From the IMG/VR virus record IMGVR_UViG_3300032241_001154, positions 192 through 64,191 of that record: DNA of 64,000 bases. The stretch is one strand, 5' to 3'. A program made the position numbers and the translations under genes. This document shows positions 18,201 through 29,100 of this stretch, piece by piece; position 1 is the first letter of the stretch; the number at the start of each line of letters is the position of its first letter. The stretch is from a virus. Its lineage: Duplodnaviria > Caudoviricetes. Below the pieces are notes generated by a model, which was given only the letters and a program-made list of their open reading frames with translations, ran no database searches and was not told the DNA's origin.

Positions 18201-20060
18201 TGGGATGGAGTAGGAGAAGTTCGATTCGACGTAGATGGTTGTTCCGGCTGGCAAGCGACCCAGTTCCATCATCGTGTTTTGACTGAGATTGTTTGCTGGG
18301 GTGATTCCCAGAAGCGACAATGGGTTTGTATTACTGCGCATGTAGCCACCGCTCACAGTTCCGATGACAACGGTGGTCGCAGGGACGGATACGCCAGCCA
18401 CGTTTTCCACAGTGAAATAAGTGCTTGGCGACGGGAACACAAACTGGTTGTCGGTTGGCGTTGCGGACTTCAACTTGTTGTCCACTGCGGTATACGCAGC
18501 GGACTGCGTGTGGTAGGTGATTTGTAACTTGGAACCCGTTTGTATCAGGAGTGAAGGGTCGTTGACATAAATGGTCTTGCCGTCGTTCGTGCTGAGTGTT
18601 CCATTGCTTGAAGCGATGAAGGCAACTCCACCGCCGACTGGGATGGTGGTAGCGGCAACGCCTGAGGTTTCACGCACGGTGGTGTAATAAGTGTGCGAAG
18701 TCGTTTTTTCGGCTTGCGAGTAGGTGTACATCATGGCGAGTTGACCGCTGTAACCCGTGTAGATGTCATTCTGAAGCCCACAAGACACGGTTGCGCCAGC
18801 GTTGTGTGAAGCCGCCGTCGTGCCTTGGTAGCCACGCTGAATGACGTAGAACGTGTCGCCGGTGTTGTTGCCGTCCATCAAGTTGGTGACGAGGATTCGC
18901 TCTTGACCAATCTGAATCCAAAACCGACCACTACGGGGGAAGCCAACTGCGTCTGCTGCGGCGTAGTAGTTCGCCACGAGATTTGCGCCTGAGTGGGTCG
19001 AGGTTGCCTTCAGTGAAATCGTGACCGTGGAGCCGCCACTGATGTTCTTGATGATTGCGCCAGACGGGATGCCAACGCCGAAGATTGCCATACCGACAAT
19101 CAATCCGGTCACGCTTGATACGCCGGTGATGTTTACCGAGCCGTTCGTTACGTTGCCCGTGAAGGCGACGTGGCTTGCCGCCGTTCCGCTGAAGGCTGAA
19201 CCCGTTACCTTGAATGATGTCGAGTTAGCCGTGATGTCGTTTGCCAAGCCACCCCAAGCGCCGACATAAAGGGTGCTGATTGCGCTCTTGTGCGAAAGCG
19301 TTGTTGCAAGGGCGGCGGATGTGACCTGCACCCCGATTGAGGTGGCGGCGGTGTCCACGCTGGTCTGCGATGTAGTCCACCCACCTGAACTCGTCCGAAA
19401 TGAACCGTTGTCTGCTGAAAAAAGGTTGTCAGACGTTTGCACGGCAATGGCGTTGCGAGCGTTGGTGGTGTCACTATAGACAGCAACCAACGGTGGCTGC
19501 GGTTGCACGATGGTGGTGGTGAAACCAATCGTCGCCCAGTCGCTGTACCAGTTCTTCCCCGACTTCTTTGCCCACACCTTGACACAGGCCCAGTACTGCG
19601 CCTCGTTGATGTACCCGTCATTGGGGTCGAGGTTGTAGGTGGCGGAATCGCTGTTGCCAATGAACGTTGGCTTGACCGTTGGTGTTTGGTCGGGTGTCCA
19701 GTTTGGATTTATGAACTCTTGGTCGGTGAAAATACTTACTTGGTAGCCAATCTGCGGTGTCTTGTCAGGGTCGTGGAAAACCCAGTTCAGTGCGTAGGTG
19801 CCGTCGGCAATCGTTTTGGTGAAATCAAACTGGACGTTGTTGGTCGGACTGACGGAGAGTTCGGTGACCTGTGGCTTGGCGACTGCTTCTGCCGTGGCGT
19901 GGATGCTCTTGTGGCTTGCTTTTCCACCAGCAGGGACAACTGAAGTGACCTTTACGCCAAGGTGCTTCAGTTTCTCGGCCTTCCAATCCTTGCCCTTGGG
20001 GTCAGCGCCTCTTTTTCCACCTGTGTGGACTGAGTGTGTTTTCTTCTTGCTAGTCGCCAC
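15234..20060 (-). CDS. large minor tail protein (1608 aa)
   Basis: Ser/Thr/Gly-rich beta modules; C-terminal GVFYPLGSSRPIVI..V.QG Dit-like segment. Confidence 0.75.
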   Translation of the reverse strand: MATSKKKTHSVHTGGKRGADPKGKDWKAEKLKHLGVKVTSVVPAGGKASHKSIHATAEAVAKPQVTELSVSPTNNVQFDFTKTIADGTYALNWVFHDPDKTPQIGYQVSIFTDQEFINPNWTPDQTPTVKPTFIGNSDSATYNLDPNDGYINEAQYWACVKVWAKKSGKNWYSDWATIGFTTTIVQPQPPLVAVYSDTTNARNAIAVQTSDNLFSADNGSFRTSSGGWTTSQTSVDTAATSIGVQVTSAALATTLSHKSAISTLYVGAWGGLANDITANSTSFKVTGSAFSGTAASHVAFTGNVTNGSVNITGVSSVTGLIVGMAIFGVGIPSGAIIKNISGGSTVTISLKATSTHSGANLVANYYAAADAVGFPRSGRFWIQIGQERILVTNLMDGNNTGDTFYVIQRGYQGTTAASHNAGATVSCGLQNDIYTGYSGQLAMMYTYSQAEKTTSHTYYTTVRETSGVAATTIPVGGGVAFIASSNGTLSTNDGKTIYVNDPSLLIQTGSKLQITYHTQSAAYTAVDNKLKSATPTDNQFVFPSPSTYFTVENVAGVSVPATTVVIGTVSGGYMRSNTNPLSLLGITPANNLSQNTMMELGRLPAGTTIYVESNFSYSIPGQSNWNRNGKYSCTFTLAQAGLGNTCHGLPALLIRPAASAGTFNLKNAAGYFFIPKGATVSVKIPAQSLPSVQPLTVTLTESLTSIKGLNLAVGETVRVANSHYIPAINPTYSTVSSSTAYTKHSALRTVDDFQDFLVDYNPSAEPIGFTSAVLGFGTSTFTPLTTNGTTNGGIFNALAIPTASLGGVTTGYSVVMNGLPLGTTVTSTVPITSGTYNGYTALFLGSSTQGTQPNNTTTTYFIADGVIFHPPSSTIISATYSGTGTVPLPVQTIPIVPIVPKYDYLRHTSVKLYNTPVNGEATLSLYCSNTAAVGDSLSDVTIYTPPPYTNQNSIPVNTGVTYGFSAIGKALACGNTTAWFSLLIDWYDELGNLISTADGSLSVINAGVSNTQTWTANSTSGSNLLTGVSATKNLVVGAKISGTGIPAYTYVTAFSYTAQTVTMSRKATSSGSVAVTQTLVNLAVPIGVENTTNAGWSPNAITAIAPTIVFTTNATYLANDGSTGTLNWTGGTPAPALTTGTYLLVNNVIAVLTSQSPYSANVLSLKFPFGGAPASGTTGVSVTISATRAAPRINVSNLTYRDFISFCGLQFKAMTPYKPTSSYTTLNTQMPSLSASVYVSTTTAVNADSSFSIPSTTPTAGANSIYLFDPTADNGSREIHFGAGETGRVTFLKSQASAGDTYITVDNPVGLGAGTEVFIGNGTDATYETAIITTGWDGTPRIPLTDPLGFAHPVDTPVTAQTTRIAGHFINNQAQGTPVAVFNWNNDGYVNTPNTSYRYKIERSDDGGNTYNTALGGDIVVADGRGVGTVNGTGIFYDVEIVPNVATGYRITPSFSDEHGNLVKGVSSNVIAPAMTLNQWWIASSSDPDRRFPILVQNAYQETQKHPVGVFYPLGSSRPIVIPGVVQGRDAQITVKWTDNANWENFVALLNLGETLVLTNPVEGNKKYIQISDDVTVTHNAAASPYRDVAITYVEAPPPNGFGYTYGS

Positions 20061-20111
20061 GGCTCTCCAAAAGGGGTTTGTCGGACTAAATCCTACCCCA
20101 CTAAAGCGATT

Positions 20112-23100
20112 TTAGGAAGATGACGCTGGGTTGACGGCGTTTTGGTAAGTGTCGGCTGGGGCAACGTCGCCCGTGGTCAGGTCAGTCAGGGCGAAAGAGT
20201 GCTTGTCACCACCCATTTCCGAACCTTGCAGGGCAACCGAGACTTGTACCGAGGAAACTTCAGCATCGCTCCACTTCGTGCCGTCATACTTCTGAATGGT
20301 CTGCGTATCTGGCTTCCATCGAACGTCACCGGCTACGGCAGTCGGCTGGGCGTAGTACGAGACATCAATCCCTGCGTCGTAGGGGTTGTTGAGTGGTGAA
20401 GCAATCTGCATCTGGTACGTTCCATTTGCTTGACGCACAGGAATCGTGTACGGGTAGACGATTTCACTGAGCGTATCATTGCCAACCACGAGTTCAATCG
20501 GGGCGGTCAACGTAGTGGGGTTGACCTGCAATGACGTTCCTGAGAAGGTGGCGGCGGCTGGTGAAGTCAGTGTCACAGCCGAGCCGGAGACAGACGAAAC
20601 GAACACGGGGTTGGGGAATGGCGTGGTCGTGAACGAAACCGTTACGCCGGTAGCCGATGCGCTGGCATTGAGGTTGAGCGTGGCGCTGCTTCCGCTGATG
20701 GAAACGATGACGGCATCGTAGGGAAGCCCAGCGCCCGAAACCTGCGTGCCCACAACCAAGTTGGCGGTGGTGGAAAGTCCCGTCATTGTGGCGCTTGCCG
20801 ACGTGATGTTGGCGGTGAACATTCCCGTCACCGAGGTGCCAACCAACCGCTGCCCAACCTGCGGAGCGGCGTTGATTGTTCCATTTGCCGTAGTAGCACT
20901 GGCATTCTGGGACATGGTGATAAACGTTCCCGAAGCCGATGCGGTCATTGAAACGATGTACGAGTTGAGCGGAATGCCCGTTCCCGAAAGGCCCTCACCC
21001 GTGTACAAACCAGCAATGCTGGAAACCGAAGAGATGACGTTGCTTCCGGTTGTTAGGTAGCCGTTGAACGTGTAGGTGGCAAGGTTGATGACGTTGTTCG
21101 CCACGGTGGTCGTAACGGTGAACAAACCAGAGGCAATCATCGTGTTGTCGTAGTTGTACAGAGGGATGAAGGGCTGCACTGAAATCGTGTCTGCGAAGAA
21201 CGGCTCCGGTTGCGTGACAACCAACTCCTGCGGTGTCGTTCCCGAACCCAGAACAATGGTCTGGTCGGTGCTGAGTTCGTTGATGAGGCCATACGAAATA
21301 GATGCGGCGACGTTCGTGCCATTCAAGAAGTTGGTGATAGCCCCACTCGTCACTGAGGCGGCGGTGTAGTTGAACACTGGGATGAAGGGCGAGACAGAGA
21401 CGCTGGTGTCGCCAGCATTGATAGCAGCGGCGGTGGTGATGATTTGCGTGTACAAACCATACTTCAAGTACATGGTCGAGCCGGAAGGCAGGTAGCACGG
21501 CGCTGGTGAAATGTATAGCGTCGAGACGTACTGTCCGCTGGCGTAGAGCGATGCGTCGGTGTTCAGCGTGACCTGCGGGGTCGAAGTTACCGTCGGGTAA
21601 GCAGGCTGACCAGAAGCGTAGACCAAAGTGACCGAACCGCTACCAGAGGTGAAGGTGCCACTCGCACTGTTGATGTACGCCAGTGGTGGAATGTTGGTAC
21701 CGGACACGGCGTATGCAAACCAAACGGTGCTTGTGCTGGCGATTGCGCCGGTCAAGGGCTTGCTCAGAGAAACAACCCATGCGCCAGATGAACCGCTCAC
21801 CGCAGTGACGATGGTGTTCGGTTGGATTACCGTGTCACCGTACACTGACATGCCGACATAAGGCTGACCGGCGCTCGAAGCCAAGTTGAAGGTCGTTGCC
21901 CCAGCCGTCGTGGTGTACGAAACACCACTGCTGACTGCGCTTACGGGCTGTGTGGCGCTGCTTGCGTAGATGCTGCTGATGACGTTGCTGCCCACTGATG
22001 CAGAGCCAGAGAAGGAGCGATTTAGGTACGAGTGAGGAACCGTCAGGCTGTTGTACGTCGTGGTCGTGTCGAGCATCTTCAAGGTGATTGGAGTGCCGTC
22101 AACGTAGTTGGCGCTCGTGGTGGCGCTGAGGTTCAAGTAGTAGGTCGTTGGTGAAATCGTGCCGGTTGCGTCCACTGCGACGTTGACAACTTGCACAACG
22201 TCGTAGCCGATTTGTACGAAGAACAAAGAGGACGTTGGTACGGATGACCCATTGGGCAGGAATGGAACAATGTTGGTTCCCGAAGAAATCAAACCTGCGA
22301 CACGCCCAATCTCTGGTGGTGAAAAGATGCCGTTGTTGATGACGTTGTTGTAGCCGCTTGTCGGGAAAAGGTCATTGCTGGAAATAGTCAAGGTTGTCGC
22401 ACTGACACTCGCCGGTGCCGCAAGGGTGGTGGCAAGTGACGGGTTGTCATTGTCGCCCGAAGTCAGCCAGTTGGGGGACAGTGAAATCGTTGTGTCGAAC
22501 GAGTTGGCCTGCGCCCCCGACGTGTTGTCAGCCAAAAGGTTTTGCTGGCCTTGCGACGTGATGGGGTTTTCAGCACCGGCGCTAATCATCGCTCCGGCAG
22601 CGTGCTGGTTTTGGAAGCCATCGAGGGTGTAGATGTTGGGCACGACAACTGGCTCACCGGCAAAGTGGTTGTGTTGGAACTTCTGTCCGGCGGCGAGGAC
22701 AATCGAAATAGGTGAAATCGTGTTGCCTGTGGCGCTCCCCGACATGAAGTTGTAGGTGCCGTTGAACACAACGGTTTCCTGTGTGTCGCCTTCGCCCACA
22801 ACCATAACGCCCCAGACCTGAGGGGTGAAGATGTATGAGGCAGATGTGGCGCTTACGCTGATGGGATTCGAGAGGTAGATACTGCCACCGTCAATGAAGG
22901 TGACAACGGTTCCGGTTGGGATTCCGTTGCCTCGAACTGACCATCCAACTGAGATGTTGGGGCTGGCGATGGAAGGCAACGTCATGTAGTAGTTGCCAGC
23001 CACCGTGCTCACGTTTGTAATCGTTGTGCCGGTGGTTGGTGAAATGCCCTGTGAGGCGATGTTTCCGTACTGGTCGTAGTAGACACCGTTGATGAGGGTG

Positions 23101-26100
23101 CTCGTGTTGTTTAGTGGTGAAACCACGATGTAGTTCTGGTTTGTCGTGGCGGTGGCGTAGGCGGTTGTGCCGAACAAAGAACCAATGGTCGTCGGCGTAA
23201 GGACTTCTTGGTCGCCCACCGTGTCGGTGCCGAAGTATCGGTCACCAACGTCATAGGAGCCGACAAGCGTTCCTGCGGCGTGATTGAATGACGTGTTGTT
23301 ACTCATCATCACCACACCTGCGTTGCCGATTCCCGTAGCGTCAAGAGCCGGTGACGTGTAGGCCGAGTAGATGGTGACCGTGTTCTCAACCGGCAAGATG
23401 GCGGTCTGGCTGTCACCATTTGGATACGACGTAAAGGCCCCTGCCAAGAAGTTTTCACTGTCTACCGCCCACACGATTGCCGAGTTGGAGTATGAATCCA
23501 CTTCCAAAACCACAAGACGGCTTTGATAGAACACATAGTTCGGGGTGTAGTTGGTGAACGTCGCCCCGTTCACGCCAATGGGCAAGACAACGGGGTTGCT
23601 TTGATTGTCAATCAAGTAAACGTTGTAGTTGGAACCAGCAGCCACGATTGCCGACACGAAGCAAATGTTGTACCCCAACTGTGTGGTGGAATACGAAAAC
23701 GACTGTTGGCTTTGCGAAGGAATCGCAACCGCATCGCCTACGTTGATGTACGGCGTGGCGGATGCTGATACGCCGGTAATGCCGCTGTAGCCACCATTGG
23801 CGTTTCCCGTCCAAGAGTACGATGGTGAAGGCTCCAAGTTGGCAACAGTGTCAAAGTAGAGCGTATAGGTGTTTCCACCAGACTGGCTTGCTGGGACGTT
23901 TGACACGCCAGCGGCGAGCGTCCCTGCTACGACAAGGGAGTTGCTTTGCGTTCCGCTGATGGGGTACATGCCGGAGTAGCCGGTGTACGGCGTTCCGCCG
24001 GTGACGCTGCCTGGGTTGACCCATTCGCAGAGGGTGATGTTGTAGTACTCGAAATCAATGGTGTCCTGAAGAACCGTGGCGGTGGCGGTATTGGAAACCG
24101 TTACCTGTGTGGCGCTGTCCACTGAAATAATGACGGTTCCGGTAGGGAAGCCGGTGTATGAAACCTGTTGCCCAACAAGAAGGCCATTCGTACCACTCAA
24201 CCCAGCAGCCGTGTTCGCCGTGCTGGAAATGTTGAGGATGGTTGATGTTCCATAAGCAACGTCGCCCAAGTACGCAGTCGTTTGCGCTGCTTGGTTGATA
24301 CCGTAGACGAACGGCCCACTTACGCCCCTTCCGCCCGACAAACCGCCGTAAGTGCTGGAATAAGGAATGATGTCGCCAGAAATGTACTGACCAGCCGACA
24401 AACCGTTGATGTCGCCGACTTGCACGGGTGCTGAAAAAACCATCTGCGCAGGGCTATTCGCAGGCGTAGGAAGGTTGGTCGTGACATGAAGCGTCGTCGC
24501 CGGAATGGAGATGGTTTCACCACTGAAGGTGCTTGTGGGGTTGGCGCTCAGGGTCAACGTAGATGCCGAGACGTTGATAGAAGAGATAAACGTGTTCGCT
24601 GGGATTCCAGCAGCGACAACAATCGCTCCTACACACAATGAACTGATGTTGGTAACACTTGTAAGGGTGGTGGAACTGGTTGAGGTAGCACTCGCCGTAA
24701 ACGTCGTCCCAAGCGCCACAATCTGGTCAACCGTGTAGGGGAAAAAAGCGCCGTGCGAACCGGCAGTGGTGGAGCGTGGCCCCCATAGTGTCCATCCGGT
24801 TGGTGAAGAGGGGAACGCACCAGACTGACTGCCCACTGAGATTGCCACGCCACTTGGGTTGTAGGTACCCTGAAAGACCACTGACTGAGTGACATTTGCG
24901 TAGACCCCAACGCCCTCGACGGTGGTAGAGGCGTTTGGTGAATGGCTTGCCACGGTCAAAGCGTTGGCGACTGGATTTGACTTGATGCTCGACGGGTTGA
25001 CGGGCATAATCAAGAACTGACCGTGGTTTGGATTGTTGAACGGGTCAATGCTCAGGTACGGTGCAGTGAAAAATGTTTCGTCAAACTTGTTGCCGCTGTC
25101 CGTGTTTAGGCGAGTGGTCGTTGAATCAATGGTTGCACCAAAGATGCCCGTATTCGCCTGCGGAATGTTGTAGGAGACGGTGTAGGTGTCGGGCTGAGTT
25201 GTGTTTATTGCTGAGGCGTTGGAGAGGCTGACAAAGCCGTTGGTCACGGATACTTGGAAGGATGAAGAGTTGCCGTTGCCGTCATTGATGTCGTTGCTTA
25301 GGTAGATGTTTCCACCACTGATGTTGATGATGATAGCCGTACTGCCCCAATAGGTAGAAGTGACAATCATGCCCAGCATAAAACCTGCAAGTTGATTGGA
25401 ACTTGGGGTGAAATAGTACGTTGAACCGCTAACCGTATAAGTTGCCGTTAGCGCAAACGTCTGCGCCGTAAAGAGTTGGGTGGTAAGGACGAACGAAGAG
25501 ACAGATGGGTCTGGCGCTTGCGACAGCGTAATGTACTTGTTCACGGTGTCAACGCCCGTGATGACCGAGTTTGGTGAAATCCCCGTGCCACTCACAACTT
25601 GTCCAACGCACAGGTTCTGCAACACTGTCGAGGTGAAGCCGTTGCTCGTAACGACGCTCGATACGTTCAGTGTGTACGCCGTTGAGCCGGTGGTTGCGTT
25701 GATGGTGATTGGTTTTCCACTGACGAACTCATCCTGCAAGAAGGCTTGTGAGACGACTGTTCCAGCCGGAAGGCCATTTCCTTGAATAGCCATGCCCGAC
25801 AAGAAACTGCCGTCGGCTTGGTCTCCCGTGTAGTACGAGTTGGAGCCGGTAACAAGGAATCCGTCGGTTGTGTAAGAGGACTGATAGCCATTGGCGGTTG
25901 CGAAGTTGTACTGAGCCGAGGTGATGGACAGCGGCGTTGAGCCAGAGGTGCCGGTGCCGGTGGTTATTGCCGGAGCGTATCCGTTAGAAATCTGCGTGTT
26001 GCTAGTGGTTGCCGCCAGAACCAAGAAAATGTTGTTGATGTTGACGGCAGCGCCGCTGACGGGAGAACTTTGTGGGTCGTCGCTGATGAAGATTCCCAAG

Positions 26101-29100
26101 GTTGTTGTTCCGACAGGTGGTGTAAACGACATCTCGAAGAACTGCCACACGCCAGCCGAGGTGTTCATCGTCATCTGAAGCGTGTTCAGACGGCTGTTGT
26201 TCTGGTCACGAACGTCAAGTTGGTACACTTTGCCATACGCCGTAGAGTTGGCGAGGATGTCAATGCCGACCACATAGGTTTGGTTTGGCTGAACCTTGAA
26301 GTTTGTAATCGAACTCATAGGAAGGTAGGCATCGCCATACCCAACGGTGGTGTTGATGCGAGTGAGAAGCAGCGAGTTAGAGGTGTTGAACCCTGTTCCC
26401 AGCGCCACTGAAAGAGTAGAGTTCGTACCAGCCTGCCAGTTCCCTACGGTGCCGCCTGCTTGGTTGTAGTTATCACCAGTGACAAGGCTGGGGTATCCGA
26501 GGGCGACGGTGGTGCCGGAAATGTTTGACACCTGCGCCCCAAATGGAACGCCCGAACCCTGAACTTCCATTCCCGTGTACACGCCTGCGGTGCTTGACAG
26601 TGAAATCGTGGTGGCGTTGGACGACCACGAAGCAGTTGCGCCGCCGTTGTTGAAGGCCAAGGCGGAGCCGACTGCGTATAGTTCGTCTACATCAAAACTT
26701 GCTGAACCCGTGACACTCGTTCCAAATGTCTGGTAGCCGCCTGAGGTCAATGCCGCCGATAGGGTCGCCGTAGAGCCAGAGACAGAGGCAATCGATGTGT
26801 TGCCAAGGAGCGTTGCGCCGCTGTACACGAGAATGCTGTCGCCTGATGCAAGCGGTGACGATGCTGAAACGCCAGTCAGTGTGTTGGAGTAGATGGTGCC
26901 GATGAAGCCACCGGAAACGATTGCCGACGTGGTGCTCCAAGAGTTGATGGTGTTCGAGGGCTGTGAGATGAGCATCTCATACGGCCCAGAGTTGAGTTGG
27001 GTGCTACTCGAAAACGTTGTTCCAGCCGGAAGGTAAGTGCAGGAGACGGTCGCTCCCGAAACCAAAATGTTGTCTTGCGACGTTCCGGCTTTGGTTACTT
27101 CGATTGTGCGACCAGTAGAAACCGTAATCGTAATGGTCGAGTTCGCCGCCGACGTTCCCGTCGTGGTTGTGGAGCCAACTGAAAGTTGCAGGGTGTTCGA
27201 TACAACTGCTGAAACATTGCGTCCTGCTGGCACTACAGTTCCAGCAATCACGGGGGCGTTTACCTTGATGAGGTTGCTGATGTTGTAGGCGGTGGCACCG
27301 ACGGTAAATGTTCCCGACGAGTTGACCGTGTATGCCGTGCTTCCAATCGTCACGGTGTTGACGGTGATGGTGGCTGTTTGCAACGCCGTGTACGCCACCG
27401 AGCAGGTGATGTTGAAGTTGACAGTCGAAGTCCACGAGGCGCTCGCAGTGTACGACGAAGGGTTCTGGTTCACCTGAATGCGTTGAAGGCTTGAACCGTA
27501 TCCTGTTGGGTCAGCGCCAATGATGTATGCAGGGCTTGTAAGTCCGGTACCCGTGAGGTGCGTCCATCCGGTGGGCGGTGGGTTGAGGTAAGGCAGAGAG
27601 GCAACCGTGCCGCCGTCGTTCAATGCGGTGACGATGGCGATTTGGGGGTTGCTGGCTACCGAGTATGTTGCCGAGTTGCTGAATGTTGCACCCGACAAAA
27701 GCGTGGCGGAGATTTGGTTCACAATGCAACCCGTACCAGAAAAGAAAGTGGTTACGAGTGCATTAGTGAAACCCGACGGGGTATTCCCAACCGCTTGGTT
27801 CAATCCGAGCGTTGTGTTTGTCGTTGCGATGTAGTTTCCACCACCTAGAGAGGCGCTGTACGACACGGAATCCGGCTCTGACGATGTGCCAGCGGCAGCA
27901 TTCGACATGGTGATTTGACCAGATGTTGTGTTGACGCTTGCGACGTAAGTGGTTGAAGAGATGTTGCTGGGGTTGGTGCTGTCAACAATGACCATGCCTG
28001 CTTGGATGCCCTGCGTTGCTGAAACGCCCTGAATGACCGTGTTGCCATTTGTGACAACGCCGGAGAATCCTGCGTTGGGCAACTGCATGACGAACGTCGA
28101 GGGGTTCAGCGTTAGCGGCGTGGTGTTGCCTGAGCCAGCGATAACGGTCTGGCGCTGTGTTTGGGTTCTGAGGTCGGTGACAATCCATCCGTTAGAGATG
28201 GAAATAATCTTCCCTGCATTCCACCCCATCGAGGCGGGCGTAAGCGTGGTCTGCGGCTTGGTTGCCACAGTGATGGTCTGCCCGACGGCGAGGTTTGCGG
28301 TGCTCGATACGTTGATGGCGGTGCTGAAATAGCCGATTGAAATCGAAAGAACCGTTGGTGGGGTTGTTCCGCTTTGGTAGTACTGAGCCGTAGCGTCCGG
28401 CAAGATGCTTGCCAGATTGGACAGTGCTTGGTTATCACCACTTGTGGCGACGTACCAAGGCGAGGCGGAGCCGGTGCCGACGGCGTATGGTGTCGGCGCT
28501 TGACCGAGAACGTAGGCGGTGCTTTGGGCTGCTGAAAGGAACTGCCCCATGTACTTGTTCGCTGGCGGCTTGTAGAACTGCACGTTGGGCGACATTACCG
28601 TCGAGATGTTCTGGTAGCCCTGAGGAATCATCAGCGATGACGTTGGGAAGTCAATGGGGTCTACGGACTGCTTGTACGGGACATTTGGAATAAGGCCCGT
28701 TGCAGTGAAATCCAACCACTCGCTGTAGTAAGCGTCCGTCGAGGTGGCGTTAGGCGAATAGGGGGTCTGGCCTTCCTGCAAGCCTTCCAAAATGGCAACG
28801 ATTTGACCGGAACGGAATCGAGTGATGTCGTTGACGTAGAGAAAGAAGTCGCCACCCGTGAGTGCGTATGGCTGTGCGGCGGTGGCGGTGACCGAGATTG
28901 TGGTTGCCGACAGGGTGCTGTTCACTGTGAACGTGTTGGTCGTGCCGCTTGAAGCCGAGGCGACGAGGGCGTTTGTCAGGTTGTAGGCGGTGTAGGACGT
29001 TGGGGTAGATGGGAAGGTGATGTTGACGTAGGCGTATTGGTCAATGGTCTGCCCGACGGGGTTTGTGTAGGTGAAGGTCGCCGTCGAGCCGTTGAACACG

